Below are positions 33,456-46,079 of a DNA stretch of 64,000 nucleotides, in pieces; the stretch's first letter is position 1, and each line of letters begins with the position of its first letter. The translations under genes were made by a program, and so were the position numbers. The notes under the pieces were generated by a model. That model ran no database searches and was not told the DNA's origin. It saw only the letters and a program-made list of their open reading frames with translations. Origin of the DNA: Podarcis filfolensis (lineage: Eukaryota); assembly GCA_964270895.1 (NCBI GenBank), contig OZ185449.1; one strand, written 5' to 3'.

Positions 33456-36400
33456 GCTAGGGGGAAAACATTTTAGCCTTACTGTATTTGATGGTTGTAG
33501 TTTACTTCTTAATATGTATTTTAAAACTGACTTTTTAATGACAACATAAAGTAGATTCTAAAAGTGCCACACTGTCACACTTTTACATTTCCCAGGCAAT
33601 ATAATTTGTAAACTCAAGGTGTGTGTTTTTAACATTACAACTTCATTTTCCTAAAAATTAATGCTTATTCCACAAAAGGTTTACAAAGTTCATTTATTGC
33701 AAAAGGTTTTCAGTGTTAATTTTATGCATTTTTTTAAAATCACCATGGTATTTAACAATAACATCTTATGTCCTTTAGAGGAGAAATTGAGAAATGCATA
33801 ATTTTAAATACCCGTCATCATCCTTGGCATCACTCAATTTTGTTTATAACACTTCTATTTTCTTCTAGTCGTGAGCATGGGGGGTTGGGAGGGGCCTCAC
33901 AAGTGGAGCAGCCTAGGGCCTCTCTTCATCTAAATCTGGCCCTGGTCCTGGCAGAGGAATCACAGGTTTGTGACCCTCAGGCTCAAGTTCGGTATCAGGA
34001 ACCCACTTCAGTTTCTCAGCTGGCAATTTAACAGCCATGCACTCAGCCAGCTCATCTTCCTCAATCTCAGCCTCAGCTAATGATCAAGACCAGGGAGAAG
34101 GAAATACTGACCCTTACGCATCCAGTTTTTTTAATCTGTTTCATCCCCCATTCATTCATGTATATTCTTTTTTTTTATTTTCAACAAGTGATATCTCACC
34201 CTTCTGTTTCAGAAACTACTGGGTTGGCTTATCATCTGCTCACCTCACTCTTTAACAGTTCTACTAAGTCTAGCTACTGTTGAGTTGCAGCAGAACTGTT
34301 GGGAACAGTAATGGCGTGTACCTTGCTGCCACATTGGCTGCCCCCGCTTCTGAATCACAGCAGCCATGACTGTTTGCTTCCACCTTCCAAGCAAGAAAGC
34401 TAGTGTTGTATAGTGGCTAGGGTGATTATATTAGAGCCAGTGGAGACCAGGGTTCAAGTCCCCACTTAGCCATGACCATGGGCCAGCCACAGTCTCTTAG
34501 CCTGACCTACCTCACAGGATTGTTGCAAGGATAAAATGGAGAGGGAGAGAAACAAGTGTGCTTTCTCTCAGGAGGTAAGGTGGGAGATAAATGTAATAAT
34601 AAATAAAAAATGAATAAGAGAAAGCAAGACTGATTGTGGGGTTCCTTTTGGGCTGTGAGGTGAAGCCCCCACCCCACCCACCCCCACTACTGAAGTCTCA
34701 AAGCAGACATCGCAATTCATCAGGGAGAGAAAGGCACTATCAGTCCTGTGGTGTAGAGCTCTCAGCCTGAGCAATGTCCTTTCAACTGGCTCCATTATTA
34801 ATGCAGAAAGCCTGTTCTAGGGAGACTCCCTCAATGACACGTTCTCACTTCCAAACATTTTTATCTCTTCCTACAAGTCCTTGGAAAGAAGGATAAAGGA
34901 GAGGAGGGGAATCCATTTTCTGTTGACATAAAAAGCAATATCCATTAAAAAAAAAAAAAGGAACCCCTACCTCCCCTTTGGTGAATGCTGTTGAAGGCAA
35001 GGCTATGAGTCTTTCACTCTCTATCAGGGGAAAAGGCATGTGTGCTTTTAAGATACCAAAGAGCTGGATGTCACTAGTATATTTTCAGAGCTTTCAAAAA
35101 AATAAAAAATGAAACAATAATAAATGCATTGTGATTTATGCCAAGCTGTTTATGAAAAGAGATCACAGAAACGTTTTACTACTAACCAGTATAAATTGAT
35201 CAAGAATGTAAACTTTGTAAATCACCAGCGCTGGAACTCTGCCAGTGGGCCACAGTGTGAGACCTGATTCCTTTAGGTACCTTGCAAAGCTTTTTAAGAG
35301 TCATAAATAACCTTGCTCCATTGATTAGTGCAGAAATGTGTTTCTTGTATCTTTTAGCCCTGAGGAGTGTCTTGATAGAGTCATCTTCTAAGTGCAGGTG
35401 GGTTGGGAACCTCAATCCCCAGGGCTGAATCTGGCTCTTTGGACTTTTCCTAGGCTGTACCCCATCCCCAGACACACTGCTCCCCCTGTTTTATACACCC
35501 CCTTGAGTGTTTTCAGGAGGCTGGGATGTGTCATTGAACTCTGATAATGCTTCCTCTTTGCCTGCACAGAGAATAAAAAGTGTGCCAGTGTTTATAGGAA
35601 CAGGTGTATTGTGAAAAAGTAAAATTCACATTCATTGCTGCCCAGCCACTTTTATCTCTAGCACCAGCCAACACTGGCATGTGGCCCCCAAAAGATTGCC
35701 TATGAAGGAATGTGGCCCTCAAGCTGAAAATAGTTCCCCAAACCAGGGGCAATGTATCCACTGCTTGTAGATGTGCTTTGTTGCCTCCATTTGCCCTCTG
35801 CTTGTATAGTTGTAGAATAAAAGCAAATATTTGAAGGAAACTAAACCACACAGTGCTTACTGCCCCTGAAATGCCAGAGAGCTCAGAGAAGTGGAGAGCA
35901 TGTAGCAAGATGGATGAAAGCACAGCCATGAGATGAGGGTAGCAGCAAAGAGCATTTAAGTTTCTAGCACAGGAAACATGGGGAATCGGGGGGCGGGGAG
36001 GCAACCCACATGCTTTGGCGGGGCCTGAGCAAGTGGGAGCAAGTGCACAAGGAGCTGGCAGTGGTGCAGCACCCTCTGCCTGGTTTCTGGACAGGGCCGG
36101 CCCTGGTATTTGGCAGAGTAAGGCAGCCATATCCAGCAGATAATTTGAGGTGTCATGAAAAGGCAGCAACTTGTTCTATTCTGTACAGTACTCCAAGGGG
36201 ACTGCTTGTGGATGTACTTGCTTGCTGGCAGAACAGTATGCATTACCAATTCCTACCTACTTCAGACATGATGCATTTCCCTCCCCTGCCCCAGCCCCTG
36301 TCCCAGATGACACAGAACACATTCTGCACAATGGGGTGGTCATCTTGCCCTGACTCCAGAGGTACAATGGAAGTCTCCAAAGCGAAAGCAGATTTTGGCG

Positions 36401-37810
36401 AAAAGACCCTTTAGTGCCAAATCCTCCCAAATTTTCCCCAAATTCTTGAATCCTGTGAAAGCCACAGGAGCCTGTCTTGCCACAACTTCTGCAGCCTCAG
36501 CAGCTTAACTATGCCACTGTGTTTTGGCTGACATGTTTTTCATGCCAAGATGGGAACCTTATTTATTTCCCGTCCCTAGCTGACCCTCAGCTACATGTTC
36601 AAGGGTGCAGATACACTGAGATGTGCCAGCTGTCACTCACAACAGGAGGATTATGTGTAGCTCCCATACACTGTATGTCTTCAGCTGCTTCTCTTTTCTT
36701 CAGGGCCACCACCTGTCAGTAAGTGATGCTCCAGAACAGCGGCACTCATCTTGTCCTCTTTAGTCTTTACGAAGCACATTTATTGGACAAGCATATGATA
36801 TTTCTAGAGGGTGGCAGATGGTCTAAAACCATCTTATGCCCCCACCAGGAGGCATGTTAAGATCTTGGGAGGGGAAGAGTGTAAGTGCTTCCAAAAATAT
36901 ATACAAGTAAAATAAAATAAAATGTCACACAAATTCAATTTTATTTGAAAATTTGAATAAAATAATTATGGGAGCCCAGTTTTGTTTTGTTTGTTACCCA
37001 AAAATGACCTCATGTACTGCTTCGATAATTTTTTTGAGCGAAAGAGTCCATACATTATCTCAATAAATGAATACATAAGAGCACCATTTACAGAGTATTG
37101 GGCAATGGGTCTGAGTCCACAGGTTTGAGAATGCCAGTCCCCTTCTACAGGGGGAGCAAATTTACCATACCCCTCTTTCCCTAGAAGGAGAGAAGAGGTG
37201 TTTTCCACCAAAGGGATGAACTTTTAGGGTCATATGAAGCATTTTCACCCAATGTGGGGAGGTGGAGACAGACTGTTTAAGCCTTCCCTGCACTCTCTCT
37301 TCTTCCTTTGACACCCACCCTCCTACCTTTTACAGTGTGGGCCTTTGGTTAGTCACCCTTTTGGCAGGTGTGGGGAGCGCTATGTAGGATTTATTGTTTT
37401 TGAAAGGTCCTGAGTGGCTCTGGGTTTTCTCCTTTTTGCCTACTGTTGGGTAGTGTCCGCCTGACTTGGGTGTTGTCCTTTATTTGCCTAATTGTCATTT
37501 AGTCTGCACAGGTGAGAGGATTTAAGAATTTACAGGTTTGATATCTGTTTGATAAGCAGTGTTTGGTTGAGGGCACTCTTTAGTCACCTTTATGAGGCAT
37601 GGCCTGCAGAGTGCTGGGGTGCTTTCTGCCCTGGCAGGCACATCTGGATAAACATTGTCCAAAGGGGCCATGGTGTGCCTGTTGAGTTTGTGCATGTTGA
37701 GCTCATGCATGGTCCATGCAGTGGGGAGGGAAGAATTTTAGGAAACTGCTGGTGGGCACAGTGTCTGGCTGTAAACTTTCCCCTGGTGATGGGAGGGACA
37801 GATTAACCCC

Positions 37811-38317
37811 ATCTGGACTACTGCAATGCACTCTACGTGGGGCTGCCTTTGAAGGTGACCCGGAAACTGCAATTAATCCAGAATGCGGCAGCTAGACTGG
37901 TGACTGGGAGTGGCCACCGGGACCACATAACACCAGTCCTGGAAGATCTGCATTGGCTCCCAGTACGTTTCTGAGCACAATTCAAAGTGTTGGTGCTGAC
38001 CTTTAAAGCCCTAAACGGCCTTGGTCCTGTATACCTGAAGGAGCGTCTCCACCCCCATCGTTCAGCCCAGACACTGAGATCCAGCGCCGAGGGCCTTCTG
38101 GCGGTTCCCTCATTGCGAGAAGTGAGGTTACAGGGAACCAGACAGAGGGCCTTCTCAGTAGTGGCGCCCACCCTGTGGAACACCCTCCCTTCAGATGTGA
38201 AGGAAATAAGCAGTTATCCTATCTTTAAAAGACATCTGAAGGCAGCCCTGTTTAGGGAAGTTTTTAATATTTAATGCTGTACTGTTTTTAACATTTGAGT
38301 GGCTGGGGAGACTCAGC
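37811..38317 (+). mobile_element. Young 5'-truncated L2-clade LINE; 3' tail runs into the gap
   Basis: LDYCNALYVGLPLKVTRKLQLIQNAAARLVTG...HITPVLEDLHWLPV...FKVLVLTFKALNGLGP.YL...RAFSVVAPTLWNTLP, one in-frame stop. Confidence 0.92.
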
Positions 38318-38463
38318 NNNNNNNNNNNNNNNNNNNNNNNNNNNNNNNNNNNNNNNNNNNNNNNNNNNNNNNNNNNNNNNNNNNNNNNNNNNNNNNNNNN
38401 NNNNNNNNNNNNNNNNNNNNNNNNNNNNNNNNNNNNNNNNNNNNNNNNNNNNNNNNNNNNNNN
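38318..38463. other. Assembly gap (146 N)
   Basis: Run of N. Confidence 1.
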
Positions 38464-40051
38464 ATGCCCAAACATATTTGATTTGGTTACATTGGTTTAA
38501 TTAAGTATATTTTGCACATCCTCAAGTTATTTTACTTTAATAAATATAGACTTTTTACCCATATTCCTGTTGTTTTGAGTCTTCTTCTGGGTGTGCTGGT
38601 GAAAAAAGTGGGGGGAGCCAGAGTATTCACAGAGGATTTCTTATTTCAGGTTTTTTCAGTAGCATTGTTATCCACACTCTTCCAAGGAACTCTTTCAAAT
38701 CACTTGCCTCAAAGGTCTACTATACAAGGCTCCAAGCACAATGGTAATCTTTCTGCCTGCTTTCTTGTCCAAACTCCTTTTCTCCTAGGCTCCCAATTTA
38801 AGAACCACCTAATTTTTCTAGGATTCTGAACAAAAAAATAAATTGTCCCTCATTTAAAATTATGAAAAAGGGCATCTAAGAAGACAATGTTGTTTTCCCA
38901 GACCGAGAGAGATAGTTCCTGTCCTTACACTTAAAAAAAACCCCTGCTTTGAGAGACAGACTCCAAACCACAAAAAGGAGACAGACACAGGGAAATCTAA
39001 TTGGCCTCAGCATAAAAACTAGAAATTTATTTGTACTCAAATGGTGGTTGCATATTCCAAATAAAATGGAAGCATAACAGACAGATTGAGTAAAGTACAG
39101 GACTGATAAAAAAACAATGCAAGTCATCTGAATAAGCAGGAGGTAATTTACCTCTCTTCAGGTTTGCTCCTTGACTTGCTGGTCTCTTGCAACTGGCCTA
39201 GGAAGCTGAAGAGGTAACAGGCTTTAGTGAGCAGGAAGAGTATGTGGCAGAGAGCACTCCAGAACCAGAGGTAGTAGCAGAGTGTGGCCATGAGGCAGGC
39301 TTGTTTTATGATGTATTTTGTGTTTTTATCTTGTGTTTTTATGCTGTGAAGCACCCTTAGATCTGTAGATGAAGGGCGGTATACAAATAATAATAAATAA
39401 ATAATTGAACATATTGACTTCACAGCTCAAAAAGCAGAGCAAGTGAGAATAGTAATTTGTAGGTTTTCTTCACAATGGTTTCTCCAAGGGATCTTTTGCC
39501 ATATTTAGTGATATTAAAGGACTTGCTACCCAACGGGATGCATTGTTTTCTGTCATTCAGCAATACTTAGGCACTCGGGGATAATCTGAATGTGTTATAA
39601 TAGTTGTCATGGTGTTTTTTTCTTCCTTCTGATCCAGTTATTTCATTACAAACCCACACTAATTCCCTACAGATATCACCCGTCTGCTTGATTCCACCCC
39701 CACCGACTCCAGTCTTCCCCAGCCCATTTCCTTTTGAATCCAGCTTGCTAGCAAATTTCTTCATATAAAATTAAATCTACTGTATCTCAAGTTTGTATAA
39801 TCAGATCATTAAAATGCATGGCTAATGTGTGTAAATTGGAACTCAGCTCATTACCATAATCACGCTCCATAATTATTAAATAAACAAGCACTGGAGAATT
39901 TGGAAACCTGCTGAATATGCTATCCCAGGTCAGCAGTCTTCTTTATTTTTTAAAAAAGTTTTGTTTAATAATGGCAAGGCATTGTGGAAAGACCATTAAA
40001 TGACTCACTAGCCAGGATGGCAAAAGCCTAGAGCAAAAAGTGGCATATGTG

Positions 40052-40207
40052 CACTACTTTTTTTTCCCCCTTAAAAAATGTTTAGGGGTACTTTCATTTA
40101 CCTACTCATATTGAAATACTGCCCCTCAATGAGGCCAAACTTAGATTCACAAAATGTTTAGGGATATGCATCCCCCTGCGTCCCCCCCAGGAAAAAAAAA
40201 AACACTG
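40052..40207 (-). mobile_element. hAT MITE; same family as the partial copy at 47676-47805 (+)
   Basis: Near-identical reverse complement of 47676-47805; TSD CATATGTG/CATATATG. Confidence 0.8.
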
Positions 40208-40749
40208 CATATATGCCCACAAATGTCAGAATTGCCTATCCTAGCACCATAATTGTAAACCAAATGGGCACAATCCAACTAATGCTAGTACTATTAAATC
40301 CATTTGTTTTCATTTTGATGATCTGTAGCCAGAAGTTCAACTTCCATAAAATTTAAAGGTGCTTAATTATTTCTGGACCATGTTCTAGGGGTGTGATCCC
40401 CATAATGCAGCTACCATCTAGATGTTCCCTGAGAAGAAAGACAGTAAGAATCAAACACCATGGACTCATATATACAGCTGCAAATAAAACGTTTTGAATG
40501 TGTTGTAAAGTGCAATATACAATTTTGACCCTAGATGGTGACAGTGAGATACAGCAAATTCAATGCATTTTTCAAAACAATTTTTTTAAAAACGTTTTTT
40601 CACAACGTTTTTAACGTGTCTAGATTCCACCCATGCGTCTATTCACGAGCACTTCTCCATTGCTTCTCACAAGTACAGGATTGCAGCCACAACTACTTCT
40701 ATGTAGGGCCATCAACTTGTTGCAAACCCATCAATGTGTAGGACTTAAA

Positions 40750-41030
40750 CTTTCTCTTAATTGATTAACTTTCTCCTAATTGCCTTTTAAGAGATTAATT
40801 GATCAAATAATTAATTCAGTGTAAAGAAGTTTTGCCAAAACTCATTGTGAAGGTGCCCTTGAGGAAAGTTTCCTTTTAAGTCTGAAAAAGATTTGCTTCC
40901 AAATCAACTTTTGTCCTTGCTGTCTCTCCTGTCAATTAACCAGAGGACAAACTTCAATCTGCAATTGAAATGTTAATCTGCTATTAAGGCTTCAGTTGCT
41001 AAATCATGCCAATTAATCAATTACAGATTG
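40750..41030. promoter_or_regulatory. Candidate homeodomain-site-rich CNE
   Basis: Dense TAATTG/TAATTA/TTAATC motifs (40757-40818, 40935, 41010) in repeat-free DNA. Confidence 0.35.
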
Positions 41031-41314
41031 CAACCCTATTTATTTGGGAGCCCAAAGGGGCTAGGCACTATTAGGCGTGGTGGGGAATGGCTTTCAGCAA
41101 GAGGACAGCATTTCCTCCTGGGCAGCCTACCACATGCTGGTGGTGGGTGGGGCTAGAGGCAAAAGTAGGCGGAGCAACAGATGCAGTTCTTACTTTCCAC
41201 AGTAGGTCACACACAAAAATGGCCAGAGGTATATGGGCACCCAGCTCATTATCCTTTATTGAAGCAAATATGAAGCATTGTCAAAATTTAAGGAGCTCCA
41301 ATAGCGTTAACTAA

Positions 41315-41671
41315 GGGATGTGGGTGGCGCTGTGGGTTAAACCACAGAGCCTAGGGCTTGCCGATCAGAAGGTCAGTGGTTCAAATCCCCGCAACGGGGT
41401 GAGCTCCCGTTGCTTGGTCCCAGCTCCTGCCAACCTAGCAGTTCGAAAGCACATCAAATGCAAGTAGATAAATAAGTACCACTCCAGCGGGAAGGTAAAC
41501 GGCTTTTCCGTGTGCTGCTCTGGTTTGCCAGAAGCGGCTTAGTCATGCTGGCCACATGACCCGGAAGCTGTACGCCGGCTCCCTTGGCCAGTAAAGCGAG
41601 ATGAGCGCCACAACCCCAGAGTCATCCGCGACTGGACCTAATGGTCAGGGGTCCCTTTACCCTTTACCTTT
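41315..41671 (+). mobile_element. Full-length Sauria SINE (lacertid type)
   Basis: Head GGTGGCGCTGTGGGTTAAACCACAGAGCC...GGTTCAAATCCC, BovB-related tail and (CCTTTA)n; TSD ATAGCGTTAACTA/ATAGTGTTAAATA. Confidence 0.95.
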
Positions 41672-42780
41672 ATAGTGTTAAATATTCAAATTCACATAGG
41701 CTCTTGAGCTTGGCAATAGGGTTATAGGAGGCAATGTTGGTGAAAGGAAATCTCTCTCTGAAGGCAATCTATTATCGGAATATCCAGCAACAACAATAAC
41801 AGTTGGGGATGCAATGGGACCAGAGACAGGGAATTTAATAACCCCCCAGCTGCTATTTGCTTGAAGGAGGAAAACATAAGGGTCCCATATGGGTGGAGCG
41901 AGGTGTTGATTGAAAAAAGTAGTGTAGAGGGGAGAGTTAAAACACCCCTCCTTGGTGCTGTGATACCAGTTTTGGGACACACAAACCCCAATTGCTTCTA
42001 ACTTTCTGAAGCAAAATGGTGAAGAATTCCCATGTCACGTTTCATTTGGCCTCAGGTTCATAAACACACTGAAAGGAGTTCAGGGGTTTGTCACTTAAGG
42101 ATAATTGATCAAGTAACAAGCCTCCCGATGCCTTTTGATGTAGCTTGTTTTCTTCAGAGAGAAAGACAAAAGTGGTATTAAAGATTTATTGTTCCAGGAC
42201 CAAAGGCTGTTTCATCATTGCTGCATTTATTAAAAAAAATGAAAAGCCCACAGTATACTTTGCCTCAATTAGGTTTGACGTTTCAGGTCTGCTTACGTAG
42301 GAAAGTGAACTGCTAAGAAGCTCTCAAATTAGATTCAAGCCATGATGGACATTACCATTTTGGTGAGCTGGAGCTTATCAGGTTGCCTTACCCTTGGGGT
42401 TGAGCTCCAAATTCCCAGAGCGTGCAATGGAGATTTGAGCTGAAATTACATTTTATTATGCATTTATGGGACAGAGTGGCTGTTCTTATCTCAGATATGG
42501 GAAGAAAGATCAGAGTGTTATAGAATTTTTTTAAAAAGCTTTGTTCACATACATTGAGAGGAGCACCATCGTCCAGCTAACACGGGAAAGCCTGCTCTTC
42601 TCTTTTGTGCATGGATTGCCCACAGCCCTGGTTTTGATCCTTAAAAATAAATAAATCAACAAATCAAATAACTGCCTTGTAAAGAACCCAAGCTGAAAAA
42701 TAATTAGGGGGTGGAATTTAGCTGGTAAGAAAATTCCATGCAGGAAAAGAGGAATAACTAGGACCTAAGAAAAAGTAGAG

Positions 42781-43119
42781 GGACACGGGTGGCGCTGTGG
42801 GTTAAACCACAGAGCCTAGGACTTGCTGATCAGAAGGTCAGTGATTTGAATCCCCGTGACAGGGTGAGCTCCCATTGCTCAGTCCCTGCTCCTGCCATCC
42901 TAGCAGTTCGAAAGCACGTCAAAGTGCAAGTAGATAAATAGGTACCGTTCCAGCGGGAAGGTAAACAGCGTTTCCGTGCGCTGCTGTGGTTCGCCAGAAG
43001 CGGCTTAGTCATGCTGGCCACATGACCTGGAAGCTATACGCTGGCTCCCTCCGCCAATAAAGGGCCGCAACCCCAGAGTCGGCCACGACTGGACCTAATG
43101 GTCAGGGGTCCCTTTACCT
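42781..43119 (+). mobile_element. Full-length Sauria SINE
   Basis: Same consensus as 41315; 15-bp TSD TAAGAAAAAGTAGAG (42766-42780) / TAAGAAAAAGCAGAG (43120-43134). Confidence 0.95.
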
Positions 43120-43974
43120 TAAGAAAAAGCAGAGGCTCAGGAAAGTGAGCTTAAATCTCTGCTGATCCCATTAAATCCTGAATTCAAGGCTTCCCATGTG
43201 AAGGCCTTCCCACTGTAGGGAAGTTACCAAAGAGTGCAGATTAGCCAGTTATTCAAAAGAGCAGAAATGCCATGTCAATAATTTTCATAATGTGATGTTA
43301 GGTGTTTCTCTTTTCACTTTCAAATCATCTCATATCATCAAGGGCTTTGCAAGAATTATTCCTTCTATCTGTGTTGTTTAGGCTATATAGCCAAAATAAC
43401 ACCACCCATGTAGAAGAGGGAGCTATCTACAATTTTGGGAGAATCCTAAGGTTTGCAGAGGCACGCATATACAAAAAAATAAATAAATAGTGGCTAAATC
43501 TGTTTTCATTGTTTTGCCCGGTGTCTTGATTGCTGTTGTAACTTCTGCTGCTTTTAAAGTGTTGAAGTTTCTTAACTGTATGGTTCTTAATTGATGGTTT
43601 CTATTTTATGGTTTATGGTTGTTAGCCTCCATGAATTCTTGTTGAGGGGAAGGGAGATTTTAAAAATTACTTACATAATAAGCTACAACAGGAAGCGACT
43701 TCTGGTATTTGGAATACCAGTAGCCACAGAGTCAGGAAATTGAGGAAGGAGACAAAAGTCCTATATACGGTAGGTGTTCTAACTCCCCATGAAGTGCAGG
43801 AGAGTGGGGATAGGCATGCCTCCATAATCACTGTCCTCAACACTATCCACAAGTTGGAGGCAAATGTCTACAGAAGGAAACCTGGTCTACTCATATAGTC
43901 TTCAAACATAGTTTAGGACCGTGGAAAACCAGGGTTCTAAATCGTACAAGGAACCTATATAAGTAGAAAATGTT

Positions 43975-44290
43975 CCATGCTGCAAAAGTTCATCCCAGGA
44001 CTATCCATTGAAGCTGAACATTGGAAGTGTTTGGGGCAGACAAAAGGGAGAACTTCCTCACTATGGAATTCATTTGCAGAAGATGGCTTTAAAGGGGGAT
44101 TAGAGAAATTATTGAAAGATAAAGGTCCAGTACCTACACTGTCAGAGGCAGTATGCCTCTGAATATCAGTTGCTGGGAATACCAGTTGCTAGGAATCCCA
44201 AGTGAAGCAGAGCTGTTGCACTCAGGTTCTGCTTGAAGGCTTCCCATAGGCATCTCGTTGGCCATTTTCAGAATGGGATGATGGACTAGA
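43975..44290 (+). mobile_element. Old CR1 3' end; others near 62210-62420 (+), 63365-63450 (-), 16130-16250 (-)
   Basis: GATGGCTTTAAAGGGGGATTAGA...AGAGGCAGTATGCCTCTGAATA...GGATGATGGACTAGATGGG...TCTTCTTATG. Confidence 0.7.
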
Positions 44291-44769
44291 TGGGGTTTGG
44301 GCTTGGTCCAGTGGAGTTCTTCTTATGAGCAGTGACAACTAGAATTCTAAAGGTATGTGGTTGTTTGTCAAACCAGATCTAGAAGGTCAAATCTACAACA
44401 GCCAGTGATTTTATCTTATTACTTTGCATAGATATCAACTTCATTGTATGCATATGGCGCATACTAATTAGACTGCTTTCCAGAGTATTACGATAATTAA
44501 TTCAACATCAACATGTTTAATTCGTAAATTCATTTAAATGTGGTAACGACAGTGGCATATTAACAGCTCTAAGAGACTGAAAGGAGGATAATTCGTTTGT
44601 TATTTTAAAAAAAAAAAATGCTGGAATTGTACAAAAGCAAAATGCTGCAGGTAAAATGTAAGAAAATAATAGAAGGAATTTTGGAATAAAAAGTACGGTG
44701 AGCTCACAAAAGACTTTTTTTTAACACAGTTAAAGAACAAAACTGAATAATTAGGCAGCAATCCTAATT

Positions 44770-45020
44770 GAGCCAGTGTGGTGTAGTGGTTAAGAGCGGT
44801 AGTCTCGTAATCTGGGGAACCGGGTTCGCGTCTCCGCTCCTCCACATGCAGCTGCTGGGTGACCTTGGGCTAGTCACACTTCTCTGAGGTCTCTCAGCCC
44901 CACTCACCTCACAGAGTGTTTGTTGTGGGGGAGGAAGGGAAAGGAGAATGTTAGCCGCTTTGAGACTCCTTAAAGGGAGTGAAAGGCGGGATATCAAATC
45001 CAAACTCTTCTTCTTCTTCT
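44770..45020 (+). mobile_element. Young tRNA-derived CORE SINE (Anolis-SINE2/Squam2-like)
   Basis: GAGCCAGTGTGGTGTAGTGGTTAAGAGC (A box), GGTTCGCGTCTCC (B box), core GGGTGACCTTGGGCTAGTCAC, (TTC)n tail. Confidence 0.9.
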
Positions 45021-45909
45021 AAAAACATGTGTACAAAGGAGTAGGCACTCTTGAAAATGTTTCTGCAGAAAAATGCACAGCATCACACTGTTAATCCATT
45101 ATATAACAGTGACACAGAGACGTCCTTTTCAGGTGTCCAAAACACACAATCACATTCAGCAAAAGAAAGCATAAAATATAAGGCTGTCAGTGACTACTAG
45201 CTATCCCATTTGCTGGCCAAGTCCAAAGATGGGTCCTGCTTGCAGCACTGAAGTCACGCCCAACCTTTATAATTGGAGTCTGGGAGTATGTCAACCATTG
45301 GGTCATTGTTTTAGCTTGCTTAGCCATGTATCACACCAACTGTTCATTTGAGGTTTACCTATGTACCATACTGAGCTGAGTATTAAAGGGATTGAGGTTT
45401 GTTTTTTTGCCGGGGGGAGCTTTATTCAAGTTTGAGTTCTTCATTCCGTGGGTAGCAGGGCATGGCGTCATGACCTCCAGTCCAAGGTCATAGATGTCCA
45501 GATCCATCCACTCTTCAGCATCACTGACAATGTGGAGATTGCTTGGGCTGTCCTGCTCATACAAGCTTTTCTTCAGAAGAGACCCCAGGTTCCACATCTG
45601 GGCAGGATTGAGCCCCAGCATAAGGCAATGATTAAGGAGCTCAGTGGTGTATTACTGGCACATTACAAATGGGCTCATTAACTTAATTACTATCAGATAC
45701 ACTACATTTCAAGCAGTAGTTTCAGAACACTCAGGCTATATGCACTAAAATGTAGGAAGTTGCCTTACACAGGATAACGTGGCATTGCAGAGGTAGGGCA
45801 TCACCATCAAGAGCACACAGCCACACCCTCAAGCCTGCAAAACAGCTCAGACAAGCAACTAACCTTAATCCAAAAGACACAAGGTCACAGGCACACTGTC
45901 ACCTTATGC

Positions 45910-46079
45910 CAGGCATGTCCAAAGTCCGTTTTGGGGGCCTAATCCGGCCCGCCGGTCGGTTCAATCCAGCCCCCATAGGCAGTTCCTCCCTGTGGTTCTA
46001 AAAAAAGGTCAATGGTCGGCCCTCATGCATGTTCACTTCATCAAATCTGGCCCTCTTTGGAAAAAGTTGGGACACCCCG
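45910..46079. mobile_element. hAT MITE
   Basis: TIR CAGGCATGTCCAA / TTGGGACACCCCG; TSD CCTTATGC/CCTTATAC. Confidence 0.75.

Larger units (their letters stand above)
31477..33944 (+). mobile_element. hAT DNA transposon deletion derivative with transposase remnant and nested insertions
   Basis: Perfect 14-bp TIRs CAGGGCCAGATTTA / TAAATCTGGCCCTG; perfect 8-bp TSD GTCCTGGC (31469-31476, 33945-33952). Confidence 0.92.

Noticed and set aside
35531-36414. Longest ORF (212 aa, minus) and the opposite 134-aa ORF
   Set aside because: No recognisable homology; they cross MITE fragments; composition is not exon-like.
45355-45621. Minus-strand ORF with acidic stretch (SDAEEWMDLDIYDLGLE) after a CCTGCCCAG acceptor
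   Set aside because: Weak donor (GTCATG) and an unrecognised peptide; not enough support to call an exon.
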